DNA from: an uncultured Candidatus Rokubacteria bacterium | GTDB taxonomy: Bacteria > Methylomirabilota > Methylomirabilia > Rokubacteriales > DASRDR01 | Assembly: GCA_963805625.1 (NCBI GenBank) | Contig: CAWDVE010000019.1 | Location: 256,001 to 320,000, forward strand | DNA: 64,000 bases | Reading direction: 5' to 3' | Shown: in pieces, positions 59,437-64,000 of the stretch | How the letters are laid out: the number at the start of each line of letters is the position of its first letter | Position numbering within the stretch: the first letter of the stretch is position 1 | Translations under genes and position numbers: made by a program | Notes under the pieces: generated by a model | Databases searched by the model: none | Seen by the model: the letters and a program-made list of their open reading frames with translations, nothing else | Told to the model about the DNA's origin: nothing

Positions 59437-59773
59437 CCCTGCCCGTAGAGGTCATTTGAGGGTGGCGGCGAAGCCGACCCTGGTGGTGGTAGTGGGGGGT
59501 GTCAGTTCTGGAGAGCCTTATCTGATGCGGTGGGGATCTTGAGGAGGTCTCAGGCTTCCCGGTTCTCCGGGCTTGCTCACGTCCTCCACGATCGATCCCC
59601 TATCTCAATGCGTTCCTCTCGCCAACACCCCCCTGAACATCAGCATGATTCTCATTCCGGCTCTGATCAATGAGCTGATTGCATCACGACACCCGGTTGA
59701 TCGCCCCAGCTCGCCCCCGGTGGTACCAAGTTGATGGCACCGATGTCGGCGGGAACCCCCATGGCCTAGCAGC

Positions 59774-60232
59774 TCAGGGGCGAGTCGCGTCTCGGTCTGG
59801 ATTGCCAGCCGGGGATCGGTCGTCCGGGGTCTTTCCGGCCACGAAGAGCCTGAGAAAGTCGGTGTCGGTCACGATCCCGACGAGCGCCTCGCCGTCGGTC
59901 ACTGGCAACGCGCCGATCTTGTGCAGGAGCATGAGCCGCGCGGCCTCCTTGACAGGGCAGGTCGGCCTAACGGTGATTATCGTTCGGGTCATGAACTCTC
60001 TCACCGCGAGCCGCTGCACGAGATAGTTCAGCTCATGTACCTCGAGACTGGTGGCCGACGACGCCATGGCCTGCTTGAGGTCCCGATCGGAGACGAGCCC
60101 GACCAGCTTGCCGTCGTGGAGAACTGGGAGGTGACGCACCCCGTGCTCCCTGGTCAGCCGAACGGCTTCAGGAAGCGTCGTGTCAGGGGTGACCGTGAAA
60201 ACCCTTGCTTGCATGACGTCCTGAACCACCAT
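59774..60232 (-). CDS. CBS-domain protein (AcuB-like)
   Basis: VRHLPV..GKLVGLVSDRDL, KIGALPV..LVGIVTDTD motifs; GGGAGG RBS. Confidence 0.9.
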   Translation of the reverse strand: MVVQDVMQARVFTVTPDTTLPEAVRLTREHGVRHLPVLHDGKLVGLVSDRDLKQAMASSATSLEVHELNYLVQRLAVREFMTRTIITVRPTCPVKEAARLMLLHKIGALPVTDGEALVGIVTDTDFLRLFVAGKTPDDRSPAGNPDRDATRP

Positions 60233-60323
60233 CGCCGGCCTCCCATGCGAAAACGTCGCTCTTGAGGCGGCTCACCGTCAGTCCGTTCGCGGCCACGGCT
60301 GGCGGGCGGCCACACAATGCATG

Positions 60324-60340
60324 AGCAACCGCCGTGCCAA
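60324..60340 (-). promoter_or_regulatory. Sigma54 promoter upstream of the CBS gene
   Basis: TTGGCAC-GGCGG-TTGCT on the minus strand. Confidence 0.72.
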
Positions 60341-60363
60341 CCGGTTCGGTCCAGGTTTTCCCA

Positions 60364-61674
60364 TTACCGTCCGGCGGCCACCGCAGTGACCTGACCTTGC
60401 CGGGCGAAGTCGATCGCTTCGCCGAGAATCCGGGCGGCTTCCTGCGGCGCGTGGAAGCCCTTTGAGTTCTCGGCCGCCACGAAGTCGAGCCGCCACTGCG
60501 CTTTCCGGTGGAACGCGCGCGCGTCGGCGAGCGCCTCGGGGCGGACGCCGCGCGCGGTCGCCGCCTGCACCGCGTCCATCAGAGCGAGCAGGGCGTTCTC
60601 CGCGAGGCCCATGAGCCGATCGGTCCGGTCCTGAATGGCCTCGGCGCGGGCCAGAATTTCCTGCTCGGAGTAACGGTGGCAGGTCTGGCAGGCGTGGGCG
60701 ACGTTCAGGAGCGGGCTCCGGACATGGTGGTCCGAAACCTTGATCGCTCCCTCGCGCTTGTAGGGCATGTGGCAGTCGGCGCAGGCGACCCCGCTCCGCG
60801 CGTGGATGCCCTGAGTCCAGAGCTCGAACTCGGGGTGCTGGGCCTTCAGGACCGGGGCGCCGGTGTCGGGGTGGTCCCAGTCCTTCCACTTGACCTCGTC
60901 GTAGTACGCCTCGATCTGCTCGACGCCAACACCCTTCGCCCAAGGGTAGACCAGGGTCTTCCCGGATCCCTTGAAGTAGTACTCGACATGACACTGGGCG
61001 CAGACGTACGTCCGCATCTCCTGGCGGGTGGCGTCGCGGTTGACGTCGTAGCCTGCCACGCGCTGGCTGGCCTTGTAGGCGGCGATCCCCGCGAGGAACC
61101 CTGGGCGGGTCACCCGGAGCTGCATGGTAGTCGGGTCGTGGCAGTCACCACAGCTGATGGGATGCGTGACGTGCTGGCGGGCCTCCTTCCAGGGCATCGC
61201 GTTGAGGAGGTCGAAGCCCTTGAGAACGTCGCCGTTCCCGAGCTTCCGATAGGCCGGCATGACCGCCGCGTGGCAGTGGAGACAGGTGCCCGGCTGGGGC
61301 CGCTCCTTCGTGCGCCGGGTTTCGTCTTGGTCCGAGAGCATGTAGGCATGACCGCGCTCCTCGCGGTAATCGAGCCCGAAGGCATAGCCCTTGAAGATCC
61401 GACGCCAGCGGGGGTCCTCGTCGAGCTTCTGGAACGCCTCGCTGCCGCCATGCCGGGTGCGCTGGGCATCGACGGCTCGGCGGTATCCATCGTACTGGCG
61501 GGGGAAGTTCTTGCCCCACTCGGCCGGGTCGATCGTGTCCTCGGTCAGCTTGACCAGCTCCAGGTAGTGCGTCTTCGCCTCGCGCTTCCGCTCGGCGATG
61601 TTGAGGAGGAGCGCGGCGATGCCGGCCATGGTGGCGGCGGCGAGCACCGCGACCGCGATCAGGCGGAGCTTCAT
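60364..61674 (-). CDS. nrfA: Ammonia-forming cytochrome c nitrite reductase, catalytic subunit
   Basis: Five heme motifs CLHCH, CGDCH, CAQCH(VEYYF), CADCH, CQTCH; KAQHPEFE; ERGHAY. Confidence 0.94.
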   Translation of the reverse strand: MKLRLIAVAVLAAATMAGIAALLLNIAERKREAKTHYLELVKLTEDTIDPAEWGKNFPRQYDGYRRAVDAQRTRHGGSEAFQKLDEDPRWRRIFKGYAFGLDYREERGHAYMLSDQDETRRTKERPQPGTCLHCHAAVMPAYRKLGNGDVLKGFDLLNAMPWKEARQHVTHPISCGDCHDPTTMQLRVTRPGFLAGIAAYKASQRVAGYDVNRDATRQEMRTYVCAQCHVEYYFKGSGKTLVYPWAKGVGVEQIEAYYDEVKWKDWDHPDTGAPVLKAQHPEFELWTQGIHARSGVACADCHMPYKREGAIKVSDHHVRSPLLNVAHACQTCHRYSEQEILARAEAIQDRTDRLMGLAENALLALMDAVQAATARGVRPEALADARAFHRKAQWRLDFVAAENSKGFHAPQEAARILGEAIDFARQGQVTAVAAGR

Positions 61675-61686
61675 CGTGAGCCTCTC

Positions 61687-62142
61687 TCAGCGCGCGGGCC
61701 CATGGCCCACCTGGGCGTGGCAGATCACGCAGCGGACAGTCGCGGTCTCGGGCTCATGAGGGGCCGCGATCTCGCTCACGAGCTCTCCGTGGCACCGCAT
61801 GCAGTTCTCCTGGAGGATCATGCGGTTCTTGGGCTTGATCCGGATCGGCTCGTGGAAGTCCTGGAACGTGAAGCCCTTCGAGTGCCAGAAGCCGTTCTCG
61901 GCCTTCGCCAGGTACTTGGCGACGAGCGTCGTTGGCAGGTGGCACTCGACGCACGTGGCGACCGCATGATGGCTCGCCTTCTGCCAGGAGTCGTAGGGGT
62001 CGCGCATGATGTGACAGTTGACGCAGGCGCGCGGATCGGCGCTGAAGTACGAGAGTCCCTCGGCGTACCGGAACGTGTAGATGCCGAGCCCCAGGAGCGC
62101 ACCCAGGAGTGTCGCGACCAGGTACGGGGCAGGGGGTGTCAT
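61687..62142 (-). CDS. nrfH: Cytochrome c nitrite reductase small subunit (tetraheme quinol dehydrogenase)
   Basis: N-terminal TM helix; CVNCHIM, CVECH, CMRCH, CVICH; adjacent to nrfA. Confidence 0.94.
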   Translation of the reverse strand: MTPPAPYLVATLLGALLGLGIYTFRYAEGLSYFSADPRACVNCHIMRDPYDSWQKASHHAVATCVECHLPTTLVAKYLAKAENGFWHSKGFTFQDFHEPIRIKPKNRMILQENCMRCHGELVSEIAAPHEPETATVRCVICHAQVGHGPAR

Positions 62143-62196
62143 GAGACCCTGTCGCCCTCATCGACGGTCGTCACGGTCGAGCGATCGGCCATTGGC

Positions 62197-64000
62197 TCAG
62201 CGGCCGCCAGGTGGACTGGCGACCGGGGCGCCGGCCGGGTCGGAGGGCGCGTGTCGAGCGAGCCTCGCCCGCGCGTCGACGGCGACGACGCCCGTGGGCG
62301 TCGCCACCAGCGGGTTCAGCTCCACCTCGACGAGCTCCGGGCAGTCCACGACGAGCTGCCCGAAGCGCGAGATGATCTCCGCCAGGGCTTCGAGGTCGAC
62401 CGCCGGCTCGCCGCGCACGCCGTGGAGGAGTGCGGCCATTTTCAACTCGCCCAGCATCCGGAGGGCCTCGGCGGGGGACACCGGCGCGAGGCGGGTCGCG
62501 GTGTCCCGCAGCACCTCGACGTAGATCCCGCCGAAGCCGACCATCACGAGCGGTCCGAACTGCGCGTCGTGGACGGCGCCCAGCAGGAGCTCCTTGCCCG
62601 AGGGCGCCATCGGCTGGACCAGGATTCCCTGGATCGTCGCATCGGGCCGACGGCTGCGGACGCGGGCCAGCATCGCGTTGGCCGCAGCTAGGACCTCGGT
62701 CGGCGAGGACAAGCCGAGCACGACACCTCCGACGTCCGTCTTGTGGCTGATCTGAGGGGACGCGATCTTGAGCGCCACCGGCTGGCCGAGATCCCTCGCG
62801 ATGGCGGCGGCGGCCTCGGAGCTCTCGGCGAGCCGGGGGGTCAGAACGGGAATGCCGTAGGCGGCCAGGATCGGCGATAGCTCGGCCAGGCCGAGCCGCT
62901 CCACGCCGGCGGCCGCGAGACGGGTCATCTCCGCCACGACAGATGCGGAGGGTGCAGCGGCCGGCTCCGTCCACGCGTCGATGCGGCGGCCCTCGGCGAC
63001 GAGGGCCATGCCCGCGAGGGCCGCGACTGCGGGCTCCGGAAAGGGATAGCAGGGAAGCGCCGCCTCCTCGAGGACGCGGACGCCCGGCGCTACCCGGGCG
63101 CCACCCACGAGCGCGGCCACCACGGGGCGCGACCAGCCCCGGGTGGCCCCGAGGACGGCCCGGGCGATCCCGACGGCGTCGGTGGCGGCCTGCGCGGTCA
63201 TAATGACCAGCGCGGCGTCGACGCCCGCATCGGGACCGAGGGCGTGAAGCGCGTTTCCGTAGCGGGCCGCGTCCGCGTCGCCCACGAGGTCGACGGGATT
63301 GCCCAGACTCGCCGTGGGCGGCAGCACAGCGCCGAGTCGCTGGCGGACCGTCTCGGGGAGCGATGCGACCTCGAGCCCGGCGGCGCGCGCGGCATCGGCC
63401 GCCACGACCCCGAGCCCGCCGCCGTTGGTGACGACGAGGAGGCGGCGCCCGCGCGGCAGCGGCTGGCTGGCAAGGCATCGGGCCAGGTCGAACAGCTCTT
63501 CGACGCTCTCGACCCGCACGGCGCCGGCCTGGCGAACGGCCGCGTCGAAGGCCGCGTCGGAGCCCGCGAGGGCGCCTGTGTGGGAGGAGACGGCGCGCGC
63601 CCCTTCGAGCGAGCGGCCTGCCTTGAGGAGCACCACGGGTTTCCGGGGGGTCGTGGCGCGGAGCGTTTCGAAGAAGCGCCGGCCGTCGGCCAGGCCCTCG
63701 AGGTAGGCCACGATGACGCGGGTCTCGGGGTCGTCTGCCACGGCCTCGAGGATGTCGGACTCGGTGAGGTCTGCCTGGTTGCCGAGGCTCGCGAAGAGCG
63801 AGAAACCCAGCCGGCGATCGCGCGCCCAGTCCAGGATGGCCGTCGCCAGGGCACCCGAGTGGGAGACGAATGCGATTCCGCCCGCCAGCGGCATGCCCGG
63901 TGCGAAGGTGGCGTTGAGCCGGCGCGAGGGTCGGATCCAGCCGAGGCAGTTGGGGCCGAGCACTCGGATGGACTGGGTGGCGAGCCAGGCCCGCAGCTCG
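62197..64000 (-). CDS. Acetate-CoA ligase (ADP-forming) family, fused alpha/beta; 5' end outside the window
   Basis: LGPNCLG, SHSGA, SHTGALAG phospho-His, NPVDL, HKTDVGGV, ELNPL motifs. Confidence 0.92.
   Translation of the reverse strand, partial: ELRAWLATQSIRVLGPNCLGWIRPSRRLNATFAPGMPLAGGIAFVSHSGALATAILDWARDRRLGFSLFASLGNQADLTESDILEAVADDPETRVIVAYLEGLADGRRFFETLRATTPRKPVVLLKAGRSLEGARAVSSHTGALAGSDAAFDAAVRQAGAVRVESVEELFDLARCLASQPLPRGRRLLVVTNGGGLGVVAADAARAAGLEVASLPETVRQRLGAVLPPTASLGNPVDLVGDADAARYGNALHALGPDAGVDAALVIMTAQAATDAVGIARAVLGATRGWSRPVVAALVGGARVAPGVRVLEEAALPCYPFPEPAVAALAGMALVAEGRRIDAWTEPAAAPSASVVAEMTRLAAAGVERLGLAELSPILAAYGIPVLTPRLAESSEAAAAIARDLGQPVALKIASPQISHKTDVGGVVLGLSSPTEVLAAANAMLARVRSRRPDATIQGILVQPMAPSGKELLLGAVHDAQFGPLVMVGFGGIYVEVLRDTATRLAPVSPAEALRMLGELKMAALLHGVRGEPAVDLEALAEIISRFGQLVVDCPELVEVELNPLVATPTGVVAVDARARLARHAPSDPAGAPVASPPGGR

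Noticed and set aside
594-63854. Many long alternative ORFs, e.g. 594-2693(-), 15510-17156(+), 52355-54490(+), 54551-56668(+), 60508-62691(+)
   Set aside because: Antisense or off-frame shadows of real genes. High GC suppresses stop codons and the translations are Arg/Pro/Gly-rich with no motifs.
1-64000. CRISPR array, tRNA/rRNA genes, transposase or prophage genes
   Set aside because: No regularly spaced direct repeats, RNA-gene signatures or such protein motifs were found by eye.

Overview
GC-rich bacterial window. The expanded ABC_sub_bind paralogs, many peptide/LIV ABC systems and anammox-type NXR-like operon suggest Candidatus Rokubacteria/Methylomirabilota (inference only). 1-42 kb: transport and catabolic genes, namely two Dpp/Opp-type ABC clusters without ATPases, tandem ABC_sub_bind lipoprotein-family paralogs, SDRs, amidohydrolases, an LLM monooxygenase, two MetE-like proteins, a VOC dioxygenase, a LIV-type ABC operon containing a MITE, usp-terC-CBS, putA, a TauD enzyme, gentisate dioxygenase and FAH. 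42.5-50.8 kb: an arsenic island (acr3, MFS, arsR/ArsV-like/ArsK-like, arsN, arsM, second arsR) in which both arsC copies and an aquaporin are broken. 50.8-64 kb, all on the minus strand and abutting the island: a periplasmic NXR-like molybdoenzyme operon (alpha, beta, gamma, chaperone), a ferritin-like/REC fusion protein, SRPBCC and CBS genes, nrfHA (CxxCH-type NrfA) and an acetate-CoA ligase. This block has three consensus sigma54 promoters, two with a shared upstream palindrome. No rRNA, tRNA or CRISPR array was seen. All calls are by eye from motifs; no database search was run.
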